Positions 12,919-24,778 of a stretch of 64,000 nucleotides of DNA are shown here, in pieces. This DNA is from Camelus ferus (lineage: Eukaryota): positions 110,238,001 to 110,302,000 of the forward strand of contig NC_045696.1 of assembly GCF_009834535.1 (NCBI RefSeq), read 5' to 3'. The translations under genes were made by a program, and so were the position numbers. Below the pieces are notes generated by a model. It did no database searches, was not told the DNA's origin, and saw only the letters and a program-made list of their open reading frames with translations. Position 1 is the stretch's first letter; each line of letters starts with the position of its first letter.

Positions 12919-13442
12919 TAGGGTTGCCAGATTTAGCAAATCAAAATAGAGGACACACAGTTAAATTTGAGTTTCAGCTAAACAATGAAAAACTTTTACT
13001 ATAAGCAATGCATGGAACATTTGTGTCTCCCTGAAATGGATATACGAAATCCTAATGACCAATGTGATGGCATTTGGAGTCGGGGACTTTGGAGGTGATT
13101 AGCTTATCAGGGTGGAGCCCTCAGGAATGGGATTAGTGACCTTATAAAAGAGAACCCAGAGAGCTCCGGTGCCCCTTCTGCCATGTGAGGTTACAGTGAA
13201 AAGCTGTTCATCTATGAAGCAGGAAGTGGGCTCTCACTAGTCTCTGATTCTGCCAGTGTCTTCATCTTGGACTTTGTAGTCTCCAGAATCATGAGAAATA
13301 AATTTTTGTTGTTTAAGTCATCCAGCCTATGACAAACGAAGACAGTATCCCAAATATTGCGTGGGATATACTGAAAATGTATTTGTTGTTTATCTGAAAT
13401 TCAAATTTAACTGGATATCCTCTATTTTATCTGGCCACACTA
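12919..13442. mobile_element. MER53-like palindromic MITE split by an MLT1A LTR
   Basis: Arms tagggttgccaga...cagttaaatttgagtttcagctaaacaa and ttgtttatctgaaattcaaatttaactgg...tctggccacacta are inverted copies of each other. Confidence 0.88.
13009..13344 (+). mobile_element. MaLR solo LTR (MLT1A/MLT1A0-like)
   Basis: gggtggagccctcaggaatgggattagtgaccttataaaag, tgccatgtgagg, gagaaataaatttttgttgtttaag, ends aagaca. Confidence 0.9.
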
Positions 13443-13644
13443 AGCTGGGAGGACTAGTGTCACTGTCACAGAGTTAGATTCTGTCATTGTGCCCATTTCC
13501 ATAGCTGCTGACTTCACTCCTCCTTTGGAACTTTCCCACAAAGCTGAAGGACCACTGTCCAATATTTCTGGAGACTCGTCAATTAATGCAGCTAAAGCTG
13601 AAGCTCTTTTTTTGCAACAAATTACATTTTTAATACTTTCTGGA

Positions 13645-13795
13645 GCACAGATTCCCTAGGGTACTTGGCTATGTTTCAAGTGGATCCACTGAAATTATAT
13701 GGGAAATTCTGTGTCTAGGCTTATGTGCATTTTCCCGGGGTGGAAGACCATAGCTTTCATCCCATTCCAAAAGGAGTTATAGGCCCAAAATAGTT
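13645..13795. mobile_element. Old hAT MITE (MER103-like); related copies near 25230-25390 and 62240-62425
   Basis: All three share gtgcattttc...catagctttcatc..attc..aaagg.gtt / cctttgagagtc motifs. Confidence 0.55.
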
Positions 13796-16614
13796 CATTT
13801 CCGGGCAGAGAGCACTGAGGAAACACCAGGCAGCCTGTTAATCTTTCTTGGTTATTCTATATGGGGACAGAAGTAGAAATATGTCATGGAACAAATGCTT
13901 CAGAACTTTTCTTTTTAGGGAAATTTGGAGCAAATATAAGAAGAAAATTCCATTTCTTTACCAGTCCAAAATCAATTACAGAGTTAGAAATTAGAAAGAT
14001 TTTTCAACAAAGCCTCTTAATCTCAGAAATCACCTACACTGTTTTCTCAGCACCTCTGTGGGTGAGGTTTCTCTCCTTTAACTGTCGAGCTGTTTCAAAG
14101 GGTAGAGTAGATATTAGTGGCCAGCGCACTCCTGCCTTGACCCCTAGTCTTTGGAGGGGTTAGATTAAGGAGTTTGTCTGTGGTCAAGTCCTGTAGATAT
14201 GACCTTGTCATTACTTCTTTCTCTCCAGTGTCTTGTCCATTCAGGGTACCTGACAGTGAAGACCTCCTATTACACTTCTTTACTTCTAATTTGGGCTTCT
14301 GTTTTCTTACAGGAAATGCTACAAAATAGCAAGCATAGAAACAGTCTTGGGACCTAATGTAAGAAAACAGAATATCCGTGCTTCATGCTCCCCTCAGTTC
14401 CCCCAAACAATGGCATAGTCTACGCCTTGAAGCGTTGTGCTCTGCTAACAGCAATTTTCTGAATTCACGTGCTCAAATAAATGACATACTCCCTGTACCA
14501 CGGCAAATTGTCAGAAAAGCCCCCAGACACATTCCCAGGATTCTCCAAGGGTTCCTGGCACAACACCATTAACTAAATCTCAGACTAGTTTATGTCCAGT
14601 ACACTATGAGATCTTGAAGGAACCATATCTCACTCCCCTCCCCGAACCTCAGATCTAGGTTAATTCTGTGAATACAGTAGGGAGCCACAAATCCTTGCTG
14701 GATTACTGAACAAAGGATGGAGGGGTGAATAATTAATGAGTGAATGAAAGCTGTATAAGACCACAAGGAAAAGACTGAAGGTAGCTTGGGCAGGGGCGAT
14801 TATCAATCTCCCCTCTTCTGAATGCAGGCTTCTCCCCTGAGGAGTAAAAGCAGAATTGCTCCATGCCTCTCCAGGATCTAGAAAGAAGGAAGCATATTTA
14901 AAATTCGTATTCCATTCCTAAGGGATTTTGTTATCTTCTATTTAGAATATCCTAGTGAATGGAGGTGAGAAAGAAAAAGAGCAGACAGATTCCAAGATCC
15001 TAGACTCATCTTTAGAACATAACCCATCAGGGTCACTAACTCAGGCTCAGGGATCAGAAAAGAGTCTAAGACATCCCAGGTGATAGGATTGGTTAAGTAA
15101 AGAGGATAATGAGTGTTGGAGCAGAAGGAGAAATCTATGTTCCAAGTAGAGAAACCATGTGTAGGTGCTGGAGTCCAAGGGTGAGAGGCACCTTGGCACA
15201 TCTGAGACAGACCAGACAGGGTTTATAAGCCAAATTAAGAAGCACCACACTTAGATATGGGCAAATTTCTTCAGCATCCCTACCCCTACCCTATCCCCCT
15301 GCTCCCAGCCTGGACCCATGACCCCGGAAGCCTGGGCTTTGGAGGGACTTCTTCAAAATTTTCTAAGCCCCCTTCTGGTGTTTTGAACCAGTTGGGTATT
15401 GCAGTGCCTTTTGTGTGGGGTGCCCAGAGCCCAGACTGGGACCTGCATGGATTGTCTCTTTCTCTCCTTCAGAGTGTTCTTAATCTTCTATCCTATCTGT
15501 GGGGTTGACCAGATGCCCCAGGTCTTATACTATGGGATTATCTTGAGACCCAAGGGCTAAGTGCTTGTTCCAGAATGTCAGTCGGCAAGCAGATTCTCCT
15601 GCCAGCAGGTGCAGTATTTCTTGTGCGAGATCATGTGAGCATGAGTCACCAGAATGGTGCTGACAAGCTGATTTGGCTGATTCAAACTATTTATATAGAC
15701 AGGAGCACCACAAAAAATATTTGCCTAGGGCATGCATACCCTATGGGTGGCACCGTAAGAAATTTGGACTTTATCCCAAAAGAAAAAAGAAAGTTTAAAC
15801 TGCATCACCCAAGAGATCATTTTGTCTAAATCTTTTTCAATTAAAAATAGTTTATATTGTAGTAAAATATATACAACACAAAATTTACCATGTTAACCAT
15901 TTTAAGTGTACAGTTTGGTGGTATTAACATGTTTGTACAACCATTAAATCTCTCATTTGATATAGAAAGAAACTAAAAACTGGCCTGTCCAAGGTCACAC
16001 AGGTGATCCATGGAAGAGCTCTGTATTACACAGTCAGTGCTTTTCCACTTTTCCAATTCATTCCCTTTACAGACAAGGAAACAGTCCAGAAGGGCAATGA
16101 GACCTTGACCAAGTCGGGGGTGGGAAGAGAGCTCTCCAGACCTGCTAGGCCTGCGCACTGCTTTCTCTACCTCACTACTTGAGGCTTCCCTGACTTCCTC
16201 ACTGTTTTCCCTCCCCAGTTCTTCCCACCAGAAATTCCAAGCCTCCTTGCACCGCAAATGTGAGTTTCACACAGCCAATTATCACTAAAATGATTTTCTA
16301 AATTGGTACTTGGGGGGCGTCAAATCCATTGGTTGCAATATGTCTTCACACCAGACTTCAGTCGTTTGTCAGTTATGGATTAAAGAAACTACTTGCCACG
16401 GTTTCCCATCACTGCTAAAGTTCTTCATGCATTGTTTTTGGCTGCAAATCAAGTTTAAGAAATTGGGAGAGTAATTTAGATCATTTCCAATACATGATAC
16501 ACATTGGAATTAGGTTGCTTAAATATATGGCCATTTAAGAGTGTCTGGCACATAGTAGGTGATCAGTAAATATTGCTTGAAAAAGTGTACGCAGGTATTT
16601 TTCATTGAATGTTT

Positions 16615-17045
16615 CCCCCATTTAAAAAATTAAGGTATAATCTAGATGCAGAAAAATTCAACGTTTTATTGTACAGCTCTGAGAGATTTACAAGTGTTTA
16701 TAGTCACGTAACCACCACAACAACCAAAATATAGAACAGGTCTTTCATCCTCCAAACTCTCTCATGCCCCTTTGTAGCCAAGTCCTTCTTCCAGCCAAGT
16801 CCCCCCGACAACCACCCATCTGTTTTCTGCCCTTCTAGGTTTGCCTTTGCAAGAATGTCGTAAGTGGAATCATACAGTATGTAGCCTTTTGATTCTGACT
16901 TGTTTGACTTAGCATAATGCTTTGAGGTTCTCCTGTGTCGATGGATATATTAGTAGCTCATTCCTGTGTACTGAGGTATGTTGAACCATAGTTTGTTATT
17001 CATTTCCCAGTTGAAAGGTATTTGGGATGTTCCAGATTTTATTAT
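16615..17045 (-). mobile_element. Old L1 (L1MB-like) 3' fragment
   Basis: taagtggaatcatacagtatgtagccttt...acttagcataatgctttgaggttc. Confidence 0.85.
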
Positions 17046-18106
17046 GCACTGAATTTTAACGTCAGTTTTTTTCGTGTTTGAAAGCCCATGAGCATCTGGG
17101 GCTATAGGACAGAGGCATGTTCAAACCTTTAGCTCACATTAGTTTATATGTTTTTAGAATTGGTGTTGGAACTGGTAAAGACATTACAGTTAAGACAAAG
17201 TGTAAGTAGAACTTCCTGATAGCAAAACAAGAGTTATAATGCAAAGCATAATCAGAGATACCAAGTGCTGTGTGACCCTCATCCTGGGTAAGCTTTGGAC
17301 CCTTGCTGGGCATTTGTCCTTTTTTCTGACCAACTTGCATCTTGTGAATTTCCTGCCCTCACACTGGAGAAAACACACCATATTATGAGACCTGTCCCAT
17401 TTTCCCAACTATCTTTACAGCTGCAACATAGTCACGTGACCTCGGGGCCACCGATCACATGTCACATAGGATACTTTGGTTTGTGAAAGAACAAAGGGAT
17501 CTGTTTTTTGGGGACGGTGGCAGTGAAGGTGTTTGGCTTCTGTGATCAGTAGCCACATCAGCTGAACAGGCCATTTATTGCAGCTAAGAACAATACCATC
17601 TCAGCAGGAAGGGCCAGTAACTGAGGCCCTGGTACAGTTTTCTCTTCTGTAAAATGGATCAAAATGTCCAGCCTTTTTGTGAGTAACTGTTGAAGGTGCT
17701 TCCCTGTAATTGCACACAGTATTCTCCTCTTGAAGATCCACCTAAAAAAGTGCACTTAACATTTCATGAATTGCTAGGCTTCCCCTACAAACGTATTTTC
17801 ATCTCACAGGCATCATGAGTCATGTAATTGATTGGATGGTGTTTCCTTTATTTTACTGGGTGTCAGATCAGAGCCAAATATGTGGCAGTCAGCAGCCACA
17901 GGGACCTTAAGACATGGATTTTGTATTCCAAATTACTCATATTTTCATCTTATTTTTTTTAATTTTTAAAAACTCTTATTCTTGATCTCCTCACTTTTAA
18001 ATGTTTACATTATAAAGAAAAAAATGAAACATCATCTAGCCTCCCAGAAAACTCTAATATTTGTGATTAGTTATTTTTGTGACTCATATATTATGTCACG
18101 TATATA

Positions 18107-19027
18107 TACGCACACATTGTTTTACTGCACTGTGCAGATACATTTTTTACAAATGGAAGGTCTGTGGCAATCCTGCATGAAGTAAATCTATTGGTGCCAT
18201 TTTTGAACCGTATTTGCTCACTTTATGTCCTGTGTCACATTTTGGTAATTCTCACAATATTTCAAACTCTTTCATATTATTATATTTGTTATGGTGACTT
18301 GTGATTAATAACCTTTGATGCTTTGATGTTACTACTATGACTCACTGAAGGCTTAGATGATGGCTTTTAGCAACAATTTTTTTTTAATTGAAGTACAGTC
18401 AATTACAATGTATCAATTTCTGGTGTACAGCATAATGTCCCAGTCTTGCATATACATACATATATTCATTTTCATATTTTTTCCATTAAAGGTAACTACA
18501 AGATATTGAGCATAGTTCCTTGTGCTATACAAAAGAAACTTCTTTTAAAATCTATTTTTATATGTAGTGGTTAACATTTGTAAATATCAAACTCCCAAAT
18601 TTATCCCCTCCCACCCCCTTTCCCCAGTAACCATAAGATTGTTTACTAAGTCTGAGAGTCTGTTTCTGTTTTGTAGGTAAGTTCATAGTGTCAGTTTTTT
18701 TTTTTAGATTCCACATATGAGTGATACTTTTCTTTCTCTTTCTGGCTTACTTCACTTAGAATGACAATCTCTAGGTCCATCCATGTTGCCACAAATGGCA
18801 TTATTTTATTCTTTTTTATTCCATTCCATAAATAGAAAGAATTTTTAAATTAAGACATGTACTTTCTTAGACATAATGCTATTGCACACTTAATAGACTA
18901 CAGTATAGTGCAAATGTAACTTTTACATGCACTGGGAAACCAGAATATTTGTGTGACTCATTTTAGTGTAATTTTCACTTTACTGAGGTGGTCTGGTAGC
19001 AAACCTGCAATATCTCCATGATCTGCT
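18107..19027 (+). mobile_element. Internally deleted Tigger1 derivative, split by L1
   Basis: Tigger1 left arm (ttacaaatggaaggtctgtggcaatcctgc...gtgtcacattttggtaattctc) joined to the right arm (gactcactgaaggcttagatgat...cacttaatagactacagtatagtg...ctgcaatatctcc). Confidence 0.9.
18377..18832 (-). mobile_element. 5'-truncated L1, camelid-type
   Basis: Poly-T, then aattgaagtacagtc...tggcttacttcacttagaatgacaatctctaggtccatccatgttg. Confidence 0.95.
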
Positions 19028-19099
19028 CCCCACTCTCTCTATATATATTTATATGTACATACACACATATATATAATATATATCTTCATATAGACATCT

Positions 19100-19800
19100 T
19101 TTATATATGAAGTTATCATTCTCTATGTAGTTAGAAAATTCATACAGTACAGAAAAGTACAAAATAAAAATAAAAAATAACTTCTATTAAAGTCCATTTT
19201 CCTGAAGATAGCCATATTTCCTTCAAGGAAAAAAAAAGGTCCATTTGTGAGCATTTATTTTAAATTACATTTATTTAAATTTACACAAAAGAGAGCATAC
19301 TGTACAAAATTTTCTGCATATTTTTTTCACCTAATAATATATCCTGGAGATCTTTTGATATCAGTATTCTTGGAAGGAGCACCTCTTTTTAACGTCTCCA
19401 TAGTATTCTACCTTGTTAATGTATCAAAATTTACTTAACTGGTCTCCTGAATGATGGACTCTTTGGTTTTCTCCAGGCTTTTGCTACTACAAAAAATTTT
19501 TCAATGAATATTCCTAAACCTATATCTGGGTGAAATTTTGCAAGTAAATTCCTAGCAGTGAAATTGAGAGAACAATTAATACAAGACTTGAAAAATTTGA
19601 TAGATGTTACTAAACTATCCTTCAGGGACCTGGCACCAATTAACACTCTTACATGTGTTGTATCAGCATGACCATTTCCACATGTTCTCATCATCACTGG
19701 CTATCATCAATGGTTTACATTTTTTGCCAATATGGGAAAATGGTACCTCATTCTTGTTTCAATTTCCATTTATTTAATTATAATTTTCAGAGTTGAAAAA
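19100..19800 (-). mobile_element. Very old L1 (L1ME-like) fragment
   Basis: atgatggactctttggttttctccagg, aaattcctagcagtgaaattg, tggtacctcattcttgtttcaatttcc. Confidence 0.7.
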
Positions 19801-19947
19801 AAATCTTTGGATGAATATGTTTTTGGAACCCATTTTTAAGCCCTTTTGAATTAATGTGGACTATAAAAACTTATATATATTCCATTTGTTTAGTACATTG
19901 AAAAAGCACTGTCCTGCCTCTAAATAGGTAGCGTGCCGTCTTGACTG

Positions 19948-20096
19948 AAACACCTGGAGTGGTTTTTAAAAATACTTTTGCCTGGGCCTCGTCACAGACC
20001 AATGAAGGCAGAATCTTTGGGGGTGGGGCCCAGCTTTGACAGATTTAAAAAGTTCCTCAGGTGGTTCACAAGTGCAATCAAGGTTGAGAACCACTG
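19948..20096. mobile_element. MER5-type hAT MITE
   Basis: cagaatctttgggggtggggcccag...caggtggttc...aaggttgagaaccactg. Confidence 0.85.
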
Positions 20097-20628
20097 CTCT
20101 AAATGCATTATGATGGACCCTACAAATCGTACATTTAGAAGGTTTAAAGCTCAAGTCCTGGATGGCATCAGCTAAATGTATAAAAGCAAAACATTTTCCC
20201 AGCTGCAATTTTTTTTCAAACACGGGTCTGACATATTCATAATTGGGTGAAGTGACAGCCTCCTTGCTTAGCCTCCATTCCACGTATACCAAATATGGAT
20301 AGACAGCATTTCAATAAGAAATGACAAACTCACACTTTACAAATTAATAATTGATAAGACCAAACCACAGAGACTCACTAGCAGAATGGTGATTAATATC
20401 TTTATGATCAAAGGTGTAGAAACCCCTTTGTGTTCAGCTATGACTGTAATTGGCTCATCCTCCATGGAGAAAAAGAAAAGATTATCCTAAAGAAAGAAAG
20501 CCACGCTGCCTCATGTGAAAGAAGCCCTTTAAAGTTTGCCTGTCGCTCTTCAGCGTCCCTAGTTCCTGTGACAAGTGTGTCATAAGCTGTCATTTCATTC
20601 ACTGGAGCTAAACCAGGATGGATTTTTC

Positions 20629-20641
20629 TGCTGACTCAGCA
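20629..20641. promoter_or_regulatory. Perfect T-MARE (Maf recognition element) motif
   Basis: TGCTGACTCAGCA with AT-rich flanks. Motif match only, function unknown. Confidence 0.45.
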
Positions 20642-20835
20642 AATACCTAATAAGAGGAAAATTAGCTGGGAAATGATCCAATTTATTGACTCAACTTGAA
20701 TTTTCTGTGATATCAGTAAAAGATCAGGGGAAGTAGTAACAACTTTTTATGAGATATTGAAACGTATTTCCATTTTAAAATACACACTCAGGCAATATGA
20801 GTGGGAAAATAATTTTTTAATTCTCAAAATTCAAT

Positions 20836-21003
20836 GAACTTTAATGAAAAAGAATATGAAAATGAATATACATATGTGTATGTGTGATTGGGACATTATG
20901 CTGTACACCAAAGATTGACACACTGTAAGTGACTGCATTTAACTTTAAAAAACACTCCCTCAAAAAATAAAAATATAAAAATTAAAAACATAAAAAAAAA
21001 TTT
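20836..21003 (+). mobile_element. Very short L1 3' end, camelid-type
   Basis: gaaaaagaatatgaaaatg...gggacattatgctgtacacc plus a long A-rich tail. TSD aattcaat at 20828-20835 and 21004-21011. Confidence 0.9.
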
Positions 21004-21239
21004 AATTCAATTGCTTCATTGAATTAAATTTCTGATCCATTCTAATATCTGTTTTCTCTTATTCTCCAAAGGAACTAGATGACATTTTCAAGCAAAAAAA
21101 AATTGTTAATAGGCAAGAATTAGAACATATAAATCTTTTTAAAATATACTGAAGGGTTAAAAACTAAGCAGTCACCACTAATTGGTAACTCAACTCTAGC
21201 AATATAATTTTTGAAAGAAAATATTTGGAATTTTAGCTT

Positions 21240-21678
21240 CTCTCTTTAATTGAAGTTATTGTGTTACGACTTATATACAGTGAACTGCACATATTTAAAG
21301 CATATAATTCAATGACTTTTCACCAGATACACTCCTGAAACCACCACAATCATGATAAAGAACTTTTCCTTTGCTCCCAAAAGTTTCCTTTTGCACCTTT
21401 GCAGTCCCTCTTTGCACCCTGGCCTCCAGGTCACATCTTATCTGCTCTTTGTAGATTATTAAGCGTTTTCTTTTTGTATGAATGGAATCGTACAGTGTGA
21501 AATACATCCGGGTTGCTGCATGTATCAGCCATTCATTCTTTTTTACTGCAGTGCGATAGCACTGCATGGATGTACTCCTGTTTGTTTTCCATTTACCTGA
21601 TGGTGGGCTTTTGGGTTGTTTCCAGTCTTGGGCTGGAATGCTTCTGCGAACATTCTTGGACTAGCGTTTGTATGGAAA
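21240..21678 (-). mobile_element. Old L1 (L1MB/MC-like) 3' fragment
   Basis: aactgcacatatttaaag...accaccacaatcatgata...gggttgtttccagtcttgggct. Confidence 0.8.
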
Positions 21679-23584
21679 TCAAACAGTATATTTTTAATAC
21701 GTTAATGTTAGTATTTATGTAAAGTTCTAATACACATATATAGTTTTGATGGGGGGGGGTCATTTTATAAAATTCTAATACTATGATTCCTATGGGAGAT
21801 TAGATGGCTTTTTGCTCTCCCAGACTTCTCCATCCCCAAACAAAACATCTTTCGGTTGTACATGCTCAGCTCTACTGGTTGCCATTTATATCACGATGCA
21901 CCATCTGCTCAGCTGTGTTTGGCAATGAAAGTATTTAACCAATTCTTTTTCAATGAGGCCAGAATACTTCTCCTTGCCTGTCGATGCCCTGATATTAATC
22001 ATGATGAGTTCATCTTTCCAGAAGTACTCCTATCATTATTCTGCCATGTTTAGGAAGAGTCAGTGGCAAGTCTTTGCCACACCTCCACCTGTAGATGGAT
22101 CTCCACACCCAGAGAGCCAGCTCAGTTCTCATAGCTACCAACTACAACCTGGCCACAGCAGTCCAGCCTCTCTGCCATCTTCATAGGCCATCACCATGTC
22201 TCGTGGGTGCTTTTCCTGACCTTGCTCTTTCCTTGCCTGTCCAGCTTCCTTCAAGCTCTCTTCTGGTCCTCACTTCAGTTCCTGACTTTGTGGAGTTAGT
22301 CCTTGTCTGAATTCCTGAAGTCCTGTTCTACTGCTCTATACATCCTAACACTTGCTCTTCAGTTATTCCCATTATATATATAATCTTCTGACATATTTCA
22401 ATCTCCTTAACATCAGGGATTGTATCATTTTTTATATGCATATAAAATGATAAGCTCATGAAATATATTGGTGCCCATGTGTTCCTCTGAACCTTTAATA
22501 CACAAACACACACAATACATAAACCCAATTGTGTATAATTGTCACAATCGTCACAGAGCAGACCATCTTTGACTTCACTTCAAGCATGCAAATGATTTAC
22601 TTTCTTTAATGTGACTTCCTTTAATGTGACATCTCTTTATTGCCCAGGGCTTAGGTAAGCTGAACCAAACTTCAGCCACAAGCCAAACTTCGTCTCCCAA
22701 TTTTGAATTATTAGAGCCTGTCCTTTGATCAAAGGACAAAATGATGATTTTCACAAGAGTTTTGCAGAAGCAAAGGCCAGTGATGGTAAATCTTTGGAGA
22801 CCTTGGTGGGCCTGGATCTGACACAGGTGCATTCCCATAATTAGGGAGAGGTCAGCAAGGAGGGAAGACAGGAGGGAGATGCTGATTTAAACAATTCCTT
22901 TTAGCAGAGTAAACTGAGAAGGCTATTTTTAAAGGCCCTTCACTTTGTGCCTGATTTATAGGCAGCCACTAAAAATATTAATAAGTAGAAATGGTGCTGA
23001 TCCATGAACATGATGAGCTTTCAATTTCTGGAGCCACAAGGTGACAGACTGCCGTGAAGATGCTTGCATCCTCTTAATATCCTGGAGGGATCCAACTTTA
23101 AAGAAAAAAATTGGTATTTAAAACCCCGGTCTGGCATTTAACTGTGTTAAATCATTCTGCTACATTGGCATCACTTAAATAGCCTTAAAAAAAGAATAAA
23201 AAAAACAAACCAGATTGTACTATACATCACGGAAGCTTTAATATAGGTGCTTTAAGCCCCAGGGAAATTATGTCCTATGCAAATTTTTCCCCTGGTATTG
23301 GCTTTTTTCTGGGTCCCCCAATCCCATCTTGCATAGCTATACTGTTACCGGTCAAAGGCTGATTTTTAAAATGACTGTATTATCACGGCAGAGGCAAGAG
23401 AAATAATGTCTGAAGTAGTGTATCACTGGGAGGAAATTTAATCAAGGAAAACAAGAGGTGGCAAACAGAATTTTTCCTCAACCAATTTACCAACCGATTC
23501 TTGCCAGGAAAACCAGGTGCAGTCCTTAACCACGCGACTTGGGCATACCATTATAGTAATTAAAAATAGGAAAGTCTAGCGTGG

Positions 23585-23830
23585 TGTACCTACTTTGAAA
23601 GTCTGGCAGTGTCTAACAAAGCTAAAGACACACATACTTTAATGCCCCAGCAATCCATCCCCAGGTATATACCCTACAGAAATACACACCATGTGCACCA
23701 AAAGGCTTTCATAAGAATGTTCATAGCAGCATTCCCTGTAATAGCCTTCGTGGGGACAACCCAGTGTCTATTAACAGGAAAACAGATAAACTGTGGTACA
23801 GTCTCACAGCGGAATATCATACAACAGTGA
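23585..23830 (+). mobile_element. Old L1 (L1ME-like) ORF2-end fragment
   Basis: cccagcaatccatccccaggtatataccc...aagaatgttcatagcagcatt. Confidence 0.8.
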
Positions 23831-24512
23831 TGTTTTTAGACACATTTCAGTTTGTTTGTTGCATTTCAAAAATTTTTAAAAGAAAGAAAAACGGGAATAA
23901 TATATTTTAGGTTTCTTGACTTGTCAAGGGAATTTAACAATAAATCCACTGTTTTATTTATACATATATGTATTTTTAAAATTGAACCATTACCCATTTT
24001 TAAAAATTCTCCTCCAAAATTTCTATTTGTTCCTGTTCTCTGAGCAAAGAGATGACAGTTTCCAAACAAAAGTTAATAGGCAAGAATTAAAACATAAACA
24101 TCTTTTAGACAGTGAAAACTAACACTGCCCTTGATCCAAAGGGAGAGAAATAAGAGTAATATTTGGAAGCCATCCCTGGAGCCTTCCAAAGATTTATGTT
24201 TCTGGACTATTCTGCAGGGGCCAACCTGTGAGACCATGAGTTCTTGTGTGTGCCCTTCTCCTTTCAGTTGACCATTCATCTCAAGGGATTTACCCATTAC
24301 TTTCTGCCCTTCCTGTGATGGACATGAAGAGCGCATGGGTCACTGATCTGACCACAGGCCTGGGAGCTGCCCCCTCACCAAGCACCTACAGGTTACACAG
24401 ATTCCTTGTTTCACTTCTTTCTCCATTAAGCTGAGGTCATAACTTGAGTCTGCTTTGCTGTCTCAGCATCATTATCTCAAGGCCAAAAAAAAATTAATTT
24501 CAGTGAAAAATG

Positions 24513-24778
24513 TCTCCTTTCCTGGGTAGATTTTTAACACATTTGTGAGAGAATTTTTATTTTTCAGCTTTTGTGGTTTGAGCATTTTCAAGGATTTTTA
24601 TTCTTATCTTCATCTACAGAAACTGACTTCTCTGGCTCTCTCCTTTCGCCTTATGGGTAGACTTCAACATTATCATGAGATCGTTTTATTTTTTAACTTC
24701 AGCTGGGTTTTTGGCATTTTCAAAGATTTTCATTCTCTTATTCATTATCAAAGTGACTTCATGAGCTCTCTCCTTTTC
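24513..24778. repeat. Diverged tandem duplication, unit about 126-130 bp, just over two copies
   Basis: Units start tctcctttc at 24513 and 24639, and tctcctttt at 24769. Shared gggtaga, tgaga, gcattttcaa[g/a]gattttt, tgacttc and gctctctcctt. Confidence 0.85.
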
